Positions 17,105 through 24,764 of a DNA stretch of 64,000 nt are shown here, piece by piece. The stretch's first letter is position 1, and every line of letters starts with the position of its first letter. The notes below the pieces were generated by a model. The model saw nothing but the letters and a program-made list of their open reading frames with translations. It was not told the DNA's origin and did no database searches. Source of the stretch: an uncultured delta proteobacterium (lineage in GTDB: Bacteria > Myxococcota_A > UBA9160 > SMWR01); NCBI GenBank assembly GCA_963832165.1, contig CAWHTE010000003.1, positions 256,001 to 320,000 on the forward strand. Direction: 5' to 3'. The position numbers and the translations under genes are program-made.

Positions 17105-17108
<4 letters not shown>

Positions 17109-17569
17109 GGCGCATCGCGGCCGCGCTGCTCGTCGCGCTCGCCACGGCGTGCGCGGGAGATCCGCCGCCGCTGGCCACCCCGAGCGCGGTGGCCGTCTCA
17201 CCCGAGCTCGCGTTCGGGCTGCGCCGCCGCGCGGAAGGCTTCTATCTCCGGCTCGCCCACCGCCGGTTCGACACGCTCGAGACCTACAACGATTTCATCA
17301 TGCGCGACCACTTTGCGTCGCTCGATCTGTTCTTCGACTACTACGCCGACCTCGCGGAAGATCTCGCGGACGCAGACTTCGAACGCAGCCGCCCGACCGA
17401 CGTCGACGTGCTCGAATTCGCGTTCGAGGATCCGAAGACGGCGCACGTGCTCGTGCGCTTCCACGGCAACGACGGCCGCCCGCTGCGCCCCGGCAGCGTG
17501 GAGCTCGTGCGCACCGATCGCTGGGAGTGGTCGGAGGGCACCTGGTGGGTCCGCCCCGGCAAGCTTTGA
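17105..17569 (+). CDS. Hypothetical lipoprotein
   Basis: GTG overlapping the ppdK stop; [16 protein letters not shown] lipoprotein signal; aromatic-rich globular domain. Confidence 0.7.
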
Positions 17570-17752
17570 TCGGGACCCCAAGGTGCGAAGCGGGTTGCGG
17601 TCCCCCGGGTAACGGCCGTTCACACAAGTGGAAACGATTCTCCTCGGACTCCGAGCCTAACGTCAGGCGGGGCCGGGAGATCTCGATGGTTTCACGAGCT
17701 TGGGCTGGCGCTTAGCAGGCCCTTTGCACATGGGCCCGAACCCGGCCAAACC

Positions 17753-17768
17753 TGGCACGACCGATGCA
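17753..17768 (+). promoter_or_regulatory. Sigma54 (-24/-12) promoter upstream of the ECF sigma pair
   Basis: TGGCAC-GACCG-ATGCA, close to TGGCAC-N5-TTGC with exact GG-N10-GC spacing. Confidence 0.65.
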
Positions 17769-17998
17769 GTTACCCAGGCCGGACCTCACGGTCCAACTCT
17801 TGAAAAGTCCACTGTCTTCGCGCAAGTGCCCTAGGAGGATCCGAAGAGCCCCCACCCAGATCGGGAAGCCTTACCGATTCCGATCCCAAAACGGTGCAAC
17901 CCTCGCTCTCCCTCGAGTGGGGTTGGCAAACGAAAGACCGCAGGCTCTTTCCCCCCCGAAGGCCCGCTGCCGAAGACGCACGGAGAAGCGTCTTGTCG

Positions 17999-18577
17999 AT
18001 GTCGCACGAACACCCTTGGTCCAGTGACTCCGAGCTCGTTGCCCAGATCCTCGCCGGCAACAGAGATGCGTTCGAGTTGCTCTATGAAGCCTACTTCCCG
18101 CGCGTCTATCGCTTTGCGATGAAGCGCCTGCGCGACACCGCCGAGGCCGAGGACGTCGCCCAGGAAGTGTTCTTCACCGTGTTCAACGTGCTCGACAGCT
18201 ACGAGGGGCAGGCGCCCCTGATCGTCTGGGTGTTCGGAATCACCCGCAATACGGTGAACCGACGCTTCCGGCGCAAGCGCCTCCCGATCGAGTCGCTCGA
18301 CGCGCCCGAGGCCGCCGAGGTGGCGGGCGCGACCCCGTCGCAGGACCGCACGCTGGACGCGCGCCGGATGTTGCGATTGTGCGAAGCGGCGATCGAGCGC
18401 GATCTCACTCCGCTGCAGCGCCGGATCTTCCACCTGAAGCACCTGCGCCGTCAGTCGATCCGCACGATCGCGAAGGCGCTCGGCAAATCCGAAGACGCGA
18501 TCAAGGCGAACCTGTATCGGATGCGCACGGCGCTCGCGCAGAGCGCGCCCGGCCTCGAGTCGCTGATCGCGCAGTAG
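17999..18577 (+). CDS. ECF RNA polymerase sigma factor (copy 1)
   Basis: SDSELVAQILAGNRDAFELLYEAY, AEAEDVAQEVF, WVFGITRN, region 4 SIRTIAKALGKSEDAIKANLYR. Confidence 0.9.
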   Translation: MSHEHPWSSDSELVAQILAGNRDAFELLYEAYFPRVYRFAMKRLRDTAEAEDVAQEVFFTVFNVLDSYEGQAPLIVWVFGITRNTVNRRFRRKRLPIESLDAPEAAEVAGATPSQDRTLDARRMLRLCEAAIERDLTPLQRRIFHLKHLRRQSIRTIAKALGKSEDAIKANLYRMRTALAQSAPGLESLIAQ

Positions 18578-18717
18578 GCATTCGCCTGCGGCGAATTACC
18601 TACGTTCGAGCTGTTTTTTTGCCACCTATCTGGAATCGGGGCCACCTCCCAGAAGAAGGGCGCGTTTCCCTGGCGCGCCCCGGCTTGGACTGGGAAGGGA
18701 CGACGCGAGGAGTCCGC

Positions 18718-19317
18718 GTGCGCCCCGCACCCGCTCGTACTGCACCTGCCGCCCGATCCGATGCCGAACTGGTCGATGCCATTCGCGCCGGGGAGCAATC
18801 GGCCTTCACCGCGCTCTACGAGCGCTATTTCGATCGCGTCTACCACTTCGCCTACGCGCGCCTGCGGAATCCCGCCGACGCGGAAGAGGTGGCGCAGGAG
18901 ACCTTCGTCGCGGTGTTTCGATCGATCGACGCCTTCGTGGGCCGGTCGGCGCTGTTGTCGTGGATCTACGGCATCGCGAAGAACACCGTCAACAACCACC
19001 TGCGGCGCTGTCGGGCCCAGGAGCTGCGAATCGAGCGGGCCGAGGCGGAGCTCGTGCGCAATGCGCACAGCTTCGAAGCCTGCTCTCCGGAAGAGCACGT
19101 GAACTATCGGCGCTGCGCCGACGCAGCGCTGAAGAGCCTCGAGCAGGTTTCGGGGTGGCAGGCCGAGGTGTTCGCGCTGCGCCACTTCGAGAACCTTCCG
19201 ATCCAGGACATCGCGGACCGGATGTCGCGTTCGAACGACGCGATCCGCTCCAGCCTCTTCCGCGTCAAGCGGCTGATCGTCGAGGCGGTCGGCTCCGAGT
19301 ACGCATGTCCTGACTGA
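18718..19317 (+). CDS. ECF RNA polymerase sigma factor (copy 2)
   Basis: GAGGAG RBS then GTG; SDAELVDAIRAGEQSAFTALYERY, DAEEVAQETF, WIYGIAKN, IQDIADRMSRSNDAIRSSLFR. Confidence 0.9.
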   Translation: MRPAPARTAPAARSDAELVDAIRAGEQSAFTALYERYFDRVYHFAYARLRNPADAEEVAQETFVAVFRSIDAFVGRSALLSWIYGIAKNTVNNHLRRCRAQELRIERAEAELVRNAHSFEACSPEEHVNYRRCADAALKSLEQVSGWQAEVFALRHFENLPIQDIADRMSRSNDAIRSSLFRVKRLIVEAVGSEYACPD

Positions 19318-19412
19318 GGGATTGCCGAGGGGTGATCGGTTTGGGGGGCGGTTTGCAAGTGAGGCGGCGGCGGAGAACACGCCGGGTCGAACGAGACGCA
19401 GGGATCAGGCAG

Positions 19413-19601
19413 ATGCAGGAAAAGCTGAAGATGGGGGACGACGGCGTCCTGAGCGATTTCTCGATCGACGAGCTGCGCGAGTTTCTCGAAGCGGATCTCG
19501 TCGACGTGAAGGTCGACCCCGAGTTCAAGGAGCGCCTGCGCAAGGAGCTCTGGGATCTCGTGCAGGAGCGCGCTCGAGGCCAGCGCGGCGGAGCGAACTA
19601 G
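19413..19601 (+). CDS. Small acidic helical hypothetical protein (62 aa)
   Basis: Typical codon usage; DFSIDELREFLEADLVDVKVDPEFKERLRKELW; alternative ATG at 19431. Confidence 0.65.
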   Translation: MQEKLKMGDDGVLSDFSIDELREFLEADLVDVKVDPEFKERLRKELWDLVQERARGQRGGAN

Positions 19602-20209
19602 CTCCGGCCCGGTCCGTTCACAGCGTTCGATTTGGGCGGCGCGGGTGCGTCCGACAGCGGTCGCAGCGCCAGCCGGCCGACGTAGTGGCGGAACGTATCG
19701 AGGGTGAGTCGCGCATCTGCCATCGCGCGGTGCGGCACGGCCCCGTTGATCAAGCCCGCGTTGAGCGCGGCCTGGCGCAGCGAGAGCGCCGCGACGGGTT
19801 CGCCCGCGACCAGCGACCAGGTGTAGAAGAGCGTCGCGAGGTCGATCACGTGATAGTCGAACGGATAGGCGCGCGCGCACGAGCGGTAGGCGCGCTCGAG
19901 GAACGCGACGTCCATGCGCACGTTCTGGCCCGCGGGCACGACCGTCTTCCCGGGCGGCAAGAGCGCATCCATCGAGGCCAGCACCTCGCGCAGGTGCGGC
20001 GCACCCTGCCAGTCCTCGATCCGATAGCCGCTGATCTCGGCGGCTTCAGGCGTGATCCGGTGCGGCCTCGCGGCAATCTTCCACTCACCCGCGACGAGCT
20101 CGTCGAGCCGATAGTCGGTGAGGATCAGCGCGACCTCGGTGATGTCGTGCTGCTCCGGGTCGAGGCCCCCGAACTCACAGTCCATGAACGCGAACGCGAA
20201 GTCGGCCAG
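19598..20209 (-). CDS. DEDDh 3'-5' exonuclease (DnaQ/oligoribonuclease-like)
   Basis: ExoI FMDCEFGGLDP, ExoII AGQNVRMDVAFL, ExoIII HRAMADA; start inferred at CTG 20209. Confidence 0.85.
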   Translation of the reverse strand: MADFAFAFMDCEFGGLDPEQHDITEVALILTDYRLDELVAGEWKIAARPHRITPEAAEISGYRIEDWQGAPHLREVLASMDALLPPGKTVVPAGQNVRMDVAFLERAYRSCARAYPFDYHVIDLATLFYTWSLVAGEPVAALSLRQAALNAGLINGAVPHRAMADARLTLDTFRHYVGRLALRPLSDAPAPPKSNAVNGPGRS

Positions 20210-20211
20210 AG

Positions 20212-20231
20212 GGCGCTCCCAACGGGAATCG
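20212..20231 (-). repeat. Perfect 20-bp duplicate of the tRNA-Glu 3' end
   Basis: GGCGCTCCCAACGGGAATCG occurs at both 20212-20231 and 20253-20272. Confidence 0.9.
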
Positions 20232-20251
20232 CTTCGAGCGGCGCGAAGCGC

Positions 20252-20327
20252 TGGCGCTCCCAACGGGAATCGAACCCGTGTCTCAGCCTTGAGAGGGCTG
20301 CGTCCTAGACCGCTAGACGATGGGAGC
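20252..20327 (-). tRNA. tRNA-Glu (anticodon CTC)
   Basis: GCTCCCA...CAGCC-CTCTCAA-GGCTG...GGTTCGATTCC...TGGGAGCGCCA; 76 nt with encoded CCA. Confidence 0.97.
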
Positions 20328-20374
20328 GCTCGCGTTCGGGCCGCCGAAGCTAGCACCCCGTGCGGGCGGCGCGA

Positions 20375-20409
20375 GACGAGAATTGTCACCGCGCGGACGC
20401 GATTCGTCA
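20375..20409. promoter_or_regulatory. Candidate enhancer-binding-protein (PilR-like) sites
   Basis: Two GAC-N7-GTCA sites 21 bp apart, about 130-160 bp upstream of the pilA sigma54 promoter. Confidence 0.45.
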
Positions 20410-20534
20410 CTGCGTGCCGGCTTGCGCGCGACGACTGCGCCCGAGCTGCGGTGTGAAACAACGGGGCGATCGGCCACGGGCGCGCTCAGGTTGGTGCCCG
20501 GCGTTGCCGATGCATGAGCCGGTTCACCGAACGC

Positions 20535-20550
20535 TGGCATGACCCTTGCT
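20535..20550 (+). promoter_or_regulatory. Sigma54 promoter of the pilin gene
   Basis: TGGCAT-GACCC-TTGCT; pilA genes are known to be sigma54-dependent in Myxococcus, Pseudomonas and Geobacter. Confidence 0.85.
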
Positions 20551-20679
20551 CTATAGCGCTGGCGTACGGGAAGGACCGAGTCAAAAGGCCTGCGTCGAGG
20601 TTCGACGTCGCCCCGGGAAGGGGACGGGAAGGGATTTCCCGAGGACGCGCTCGGTTCGAAGATCCGACAGGGAGATCCC

Positions 20680-21228
20680 ATGAAGAAGCTCCACGTTCGC
20701 AAGGGTGGCTTCACGCTCATCGAGTTGATGATCGTGGTTGCCATCATCGGAATCCTCGCGGCGATCGCGATTCCGAACTTCCTCCGCTTCCAGCTCAAGG
20801 CGAAGTCGAGTGAAGGCAAGACCAACCTCGCCGCGATCCGGACCGCCGAGCAGTCCTACTACTCGGAGTTCGGCCGCTACGTCTCGTCGACGGGCCTCGC
20901 GCCGGCGGCGTACCCGGGCAGCTCGAAGACCGGCTTCACGCCGGCGAGCGCGCCCGGCTTCAACACGATCGGCTGGTCGCCCGAGGGCCAGGTGTACTTC
21001 AACTACGGCGTGGGCACGGACGTCCTCGGCACCGGTTTCTTCACGACCGCGATGGCCGACATCAACGCGAACACCACGCCGCAGGCGTGGGGCTACCACA
21101 AGCGCGGTGGTGGCGGCGCGGCGATCACGCCGCAGTCCGGCCACACCTGCGCGCTCGGCGCCGCCGGTCTCCAGCAGGACGACCAGGTTGGCCCGTGCGG
21201 CAGCACGTTCGGTCAGAGCGAGTTCTAG
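20680..21228 (+). CDS. pilA: Type IVa major pilin
   Basis: Class III signal KGG|FTLIELMIVVAIIGILAAIAIPNF; GGGAG RBS; C-terminal Cys pair. Confidence 0.92.
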   Translation: MKKLHVRKGGFTLIELMIVVAIIGILAAIAIPNFLRFQLKAKSSEGKTNLAAIRTAEQSYYSEFGRYVSSTGLAPAAYPGSSKTGFTPASAPGFNTIGWSPEGQVYFNYGVGTDVLGTGFFTTAMADINANTTPQAWGYHKRGGGGAAITPQSGHTCALGAAGLQQDDQVGPCGSTFGQSEF

Positions 21229-21255
21229 ACCTGGTCTAGGACTGGTTGAACGAAG

Positions 21256-21288
21256 GGTGGAGGGCCGGGCGTGGCCCGGCCCTCCACC
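21256..21288 (+). terminator. Strong hairpin after pilA (terminator or mRNA-stabilising element)
   Basis: GGTGGAGGGCCGGGC-GTG-GCCCGGCCCTCCACC, 15-bp perfect stem with no U-tract. Confidence 0.6.
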
Positions 21289-21364
21289 GATTCGCCTCCT
21301 CGAAGAATTCTCGCGAGCCCAGGGCTCGCGTCCACTCGCAAACCTCGAAATGCAGGGCCAGAAG

Positions 21365-21997
21365 ATGCGCAACTTGAAGCGATCTCGGACCCGAGGCGGG
21401 TTCACGCTCACCGAGCTCATGATCACCTGCGCGTTGGTCGGTACGCTCGCGGCGATCGCGATTCCGAACTTCATGACGTATCAGGCGCGCAGCCGCCGCA
21501 GCGAGGGCTATACCAACGTCGCGGGCATCGCGCGCGCCTACAAGGCGTACCACGCCGAGAAGGGCCGGTTCCCCGACATGGTCGTGGAGACCACCGCGCT
21601 GGGCTCGCCCGAGGCGAGCCTTCCGGACCCCACGGCGCACGGCTTTGCGGCTCCGAACACGCAGAAGCTCCCCTGGGATGCGCCGACCGAGGCATTCTTC
21701 AGCATCGTCGGCTGGCGGCCCGAGGGCAGCGTGTTCTACAGCTACGACGTCGAGTCTGCGTGCGGTGGCGGGCTCTGCAACGATCAGTCGTGCTTCACGG
21801 TGACCGCTCACGGCGACGTGGACGGCAATGGCAGCCTCGGCGCGGTGATGTTCGTTCATCCGTTGACGAACGCGACGGGCAATCCGATCGCGTCCTGCAA
21901 CTCCGGCATTGGCAACTTCCCCCCGCCCGTGTCGGCCGAAACCGGTCAGGCCGTCTATGACGAGCCGGCGATCCGGCTCGCGAGCGATCTGTACTAG
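21365..21997 (+). CDS. Second type IVa pilin (PilA paralogue; alternative start 21350)
   Basis: RGG|FTLTELMITCALVGTLAAIAIPNF; GWRPEGSVFYSY parallels GWSPEGQVYFNY of pilin 1. Confidence 0.88.
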   Translation: MRNLKRSRTRGGFTLTELMITCALVGTLAAIAIPNFMTYQARSRRSEGYTNVAGIARAYKAYHAEKGRFPDMVVETTALGSPEASLPDPTAHGFAAPNTQKLPWDAPTEAFFSIVGWRPEGSVFYSYDVESACGGGLCNDQSCFTVTAHGDVDGNGSLGAVMFVHPLTNATGNPIASCNSGIGNFPPPVSAETGQAVYDEPAIRLASDLY

Positions 21998-22016
21998 CCC
22001 GACAGCGGGGGGGAGC

Positions 22017-22976
22017 TTGACCAGTTTGGGTTTGCGGAGGGGAGCCGCCCGATGGCTCTCGTGCGCGCTCGTCGCGGGCGTCACCGCACTCGTGCACGCG
22101 GGCATGGACACGTCGTCGGCCGCCGCGAGCGGCCGCCTGCACGTGCCGAGCCCGGAGCGCGCACGCGCGCTCGCGCTCGGCTTCGAGCCCGTGATCGCGG
22201 ACTACTACTGGATCCAGGCGCTCCAGCTGGTCGGCGGAGAAGAGCGGCCCACACAGCGCAACCGGACGATCGAAGCGCTGTTGGACGTGGTGACCGGACT
22301 CGACCCGTGGGTCGATCATCCCTACCGCTTCGCCGCGCTATGGCTCACCGACACCGAGAGCGAGGTGAAGCACGCCAATCGCCTGCTCGAAAAGGGCATC
22401 GCCTATCACCCGCTCAATTGGCGGAACCGCTTCTATCTCGGTTACAACCAGTTCTTCTATCTCGAGGACAACGCGAGCGCCGCAGACACACTCGAGAATG
22501 CGATGCGCTTCCCCGACGCGCCCGACTACCTGGGCTCGCTCGTGGCGCGCCTGCGCGCCTCGAACGACAGCCTCGACACGGCGGTGTTGTTCCTCCAGCA
22601 GCTGATCGCGCAGACCGAGGACGAGTACGAGCGCGCGGAATACCTGGAATCGTTCGCCGAGATCGAGACCGAGCGGCGCGCCCGCATGCTCGATCGCGCG
22701 CGCGCCGAGTTCGGACGCCGGCACGGCCGCGACATCCGCTCGCCCGCCGAGCTCTGGAGCGGACCCCTGCGCGTGCTCGGCGGCGAGCCGCCCGCGCATC
22801 CGGAGATCGCGGGGCAGCGCTGGCGGATCGATGCCGCGACCGGCGAGATCGTGTCCTCGTTCTACGGGCGCCGCTATCGCGTCCACACGAACCCCACCGA
22901 CGAGGCGGTGCGACAGCGCTGGCGCGCTCAGTCCGACGAGGCCGCACCTGCCGCCGCCCGGGAGGGCGACGCGTGA
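22017..22976 (+). CDS. Myxococcus-type PilG-like accessory protein
   Basis: N-terminal TM; ALGFEPVIADYYWIQALQ, LDPWVDHPYRF; lies between the pilins and the ABC transporter. Confidence 0.7.
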   Translation: MTSLGLRRGAARWLSCALVAGVTALVHAGMDTSSAAASGRLHVPSPERARALALGFEPVIADYYWIQALQLVGGEERPTQRNRTIEALLDVVTGLDPWVDHPYRFAALWLTDTESEVKHANRLLEKGIAYHPLNWRNRFYLGYNQFFYLEDNASAADTLENAMRFPDAPDYLGSLVARLRASNDSLDTAVLFLQQLIAQTEDEYERAEYLESFAEIETERRARMLDRARAEFGRRHGRDIRSPAELWSGPLRVLGGEPPAHPEIAGQRWRIDAATGEIVSSFYGRRYRVHTNPTDEAVRQRWRAQSDEAAPAAAREGDA

Positions 22977-23917
22977 GCGCGAACCGCGCCGAGATCGTGC
23001 GCGTCGATGCCGTGGTGAAGGATGTGCGGCCCGGCTTCGGCCTGCGCCGCAAGCGCGTGCTGCACGACATCACGTTCTGCGTGCGCGAGGGAGAGATCTT
23101 CGGCTTCGTCGGCCCGAACGGCGCGGGCAAGACCACGACGCTCAAGATCCTGATGGGCCTGATCCGCGCGACGTCGGGCACGGCGCGCGTGCTCGGCCAC
23201 GACGTCGGCGAGACCGCGTTCCGGCGCCACGTCGGCTTCCTGCCCGAGAATCCCTACTTCTACGACTATCTCACCGGGCGCGAGACGCTCGACTTCTACG
23301 CGAAGCTGTGCGGCCTGTCGCGCGAGCGGCGACACGCGCGCGCGGACGAGCTGCTGAGCCAGGTGGGGCTCGAGCACGCGGCGGGCGCGCGCGTGCGCAC
23401 CTACAGCAAGGGCATGCAGCAGCGGCTCGGGATCGCGCAGGCGCTCGTCCACGATCCCGACGTCGTGTTCCTCGACGAGCCGATGAGCGGTCTCGACCCG
23501 ATCGGACGCAAAGAGGTGCGCGATCTGATCCTGCGCCTGCGCGATCGGGGCAAGACCGTATTCATGAACACGCACATCCTGCACGACGTGGAGCTCGTGT
23601 GCGACCGCGTCGCGATCATCGCGGGCGGACGGATCCGCTACGAGGGCGCGATCCAGGACTTCATCGAGGCCGGTGAGCGCTTGACCGATCTCCTCGTCGC
23701 GAGCCTGCCCGCGCATATCGGGGCGTTGCTCGAGGAGCGTTTCAGCGCGCAACTGCGCGGCGTGGGGGATCGCATCGAGGTGCGCGTGCCCGAGAAGCAC
23801 GTCGACCCCGCGCTCGCGGTGCTGCTCGAGGCCGGCGCGAGCGTCGTGTCGGTGTCGCCGAATCGCGCCTCGCTCGAGCAGATCTTCATGAACGCCGTCG
23901 AGGAGAGCCACCGATGA
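22973..23917 (+). CDS. ABC transporter ATPase (Myxococcus PilH-like)
   Basis: [28 protein letters not shown]. Confidence 0.9.
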   Translation: MSANRAEIVRVDAVVKDVRPGFGLRRKRVLHDITFCVREGEIFGFVGPNGAGKTTTLKILMGLIRATSGTARVLGHDVGETAFRRHVGFLPENPYFYDYLTGRETLDFYAKLCGLSRERRHARADELLSQVGLEHAAGARVRTYSKGMQQRLGIAQALVHDPDVVFLDEPMSGLDPIGRKEVRDLILRLRDRGKTVFMNTHILHDVELVCDRVAIIAGGRIRYEGAIQDFIEAGERLTDLLVASLPAHIGALLEERFSAQLRGVGDRIEVRVPEKHVDPALAVLLEAGASVVSVSPNRASLEQIFMNAVEESHR

Positions 23918-24696
23918 TCCCCCGCGGTCTGGTCTGCATCTGGACGATCGCCACGAACACCGTGCGCGAGTCGGTGCGCAGCAAGCTCCTGTACGGGCTG
24001 CTGTTCTTCGCCGTGCTGCTGATCGGAGCGGGCGCCGTGGTCGCGTCCCTCTCGTACGTCGAGCAGGAGCGGATCCTGCAAGACATCGGGTTGGGCTCCG
24101 TGCGGTTGTTCGGTGTCGCGATCGCGATCCTCGTCGGCATCAACCTGATCCACCGCGAGGTCGAACGCCGCACGGTCTACACGATCCTGTCGAAGCCGCT
24201 GTCGCGCGGTGAGTTCCTGGTCGGCAAGTTCCTCGGGCTCACGCTCACGATCTGGCTGCAGATGGCGATCATGGGCGCCGCGTTCGTGGGCGTCTCGCTC
24301 GCCACGGGGGCGCCGCTCGGCGTGCCCCACCTCGCGTTCTTCTTCCTGACCGGCGTCGAGCTCGCACTCGTGGTCGGGATCGCGACGTTCTTCTCGGCGT
24401 TCACCACGCCCGTGCTCGCGGCGTTCTTCACCACAGGTGTCTGGGGCGTCGGTCATCTGTCGCGCCAGCTGCGCGATCTCGGCGCGAGCGGTCAATCGAG
24501 CCCGTTCGAGTGGGTGACCTGGGCGCTCCACCGCGTGCTGCCCGATCTCGAGAGCTTCAACCTCGCCTCCGAGGCCGCCCACCTGCTGCCCGTGACCGCG
24601 TCCGACTGGGTGCTGCCGACACTCTACGGCGTGGGCTACGTCACGCTCGTGCTGTTCGCGGCGGTCGCCGTATTCGAGCGCCGCGACCTGCGCTGA
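23914..24696 (+). CDS. ABC transporter permease (Myxococcus PilI-like)
   Basis: About 6 TM; IATNTVRESVR, REVERRTVYTILSKPLSRGEFLVGKFLG, FERRDL. Confidence 0.88.
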   Translation: MIPRGLVCIWTIATNTVRESVRSKLLYGLLFFAVLLIGAGAVVASLSYVEQERILQDIGLGSVRLFGVAIAILVGINLIHREVERRTVYTILSKPLSRGEFLVGKFLGLTLTIWLQMAIMGAAFVGVSLATGAPLGVPHLAFFFLTGVELALVVGIATFFSAFTTPVLAAFFTTGVWGVGHLSRQLRDLGASGQSSPFEWVTWALHRVLPDLESFNLASEAAHLLPVTASDWVLPTLYGVGYVTLVLFAAVAVFERRDLR

Positions 24697-24740
24697 GCAA
24701 GCTTCGCGCAGCGAGCGAAGGCGAGCGAAGACCATCAGGT
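24697..24740 (+). repeat. Dispersed 44-bp repeat copy (intergenic)
   Basis: GCAAGCTTCGCGCAGCGAGCGAAGGCGAGCGAAGACCATCAGGT differs from 14384-14428 by 2 substitutions and 1 indel. Confidence 0.85.
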
Positions 24741-24764
24741 GAGCCTTTGCTAACGTCGGCGCTC

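Noticed and set aside
17574..17695. Possible SRP or 6S RNA
   Set aside because: No SRP helix 8 motif; size and genomic context do not fit 6S RNA
17925..17946. GGCAAAC-GAAA-GACCGCAGGC resembling a c-di-GMP-I riboswitch core
   Set aside because: No P2 stem around the GAAA and no recognisable P3/receptor; too degenerate to call without Infernal
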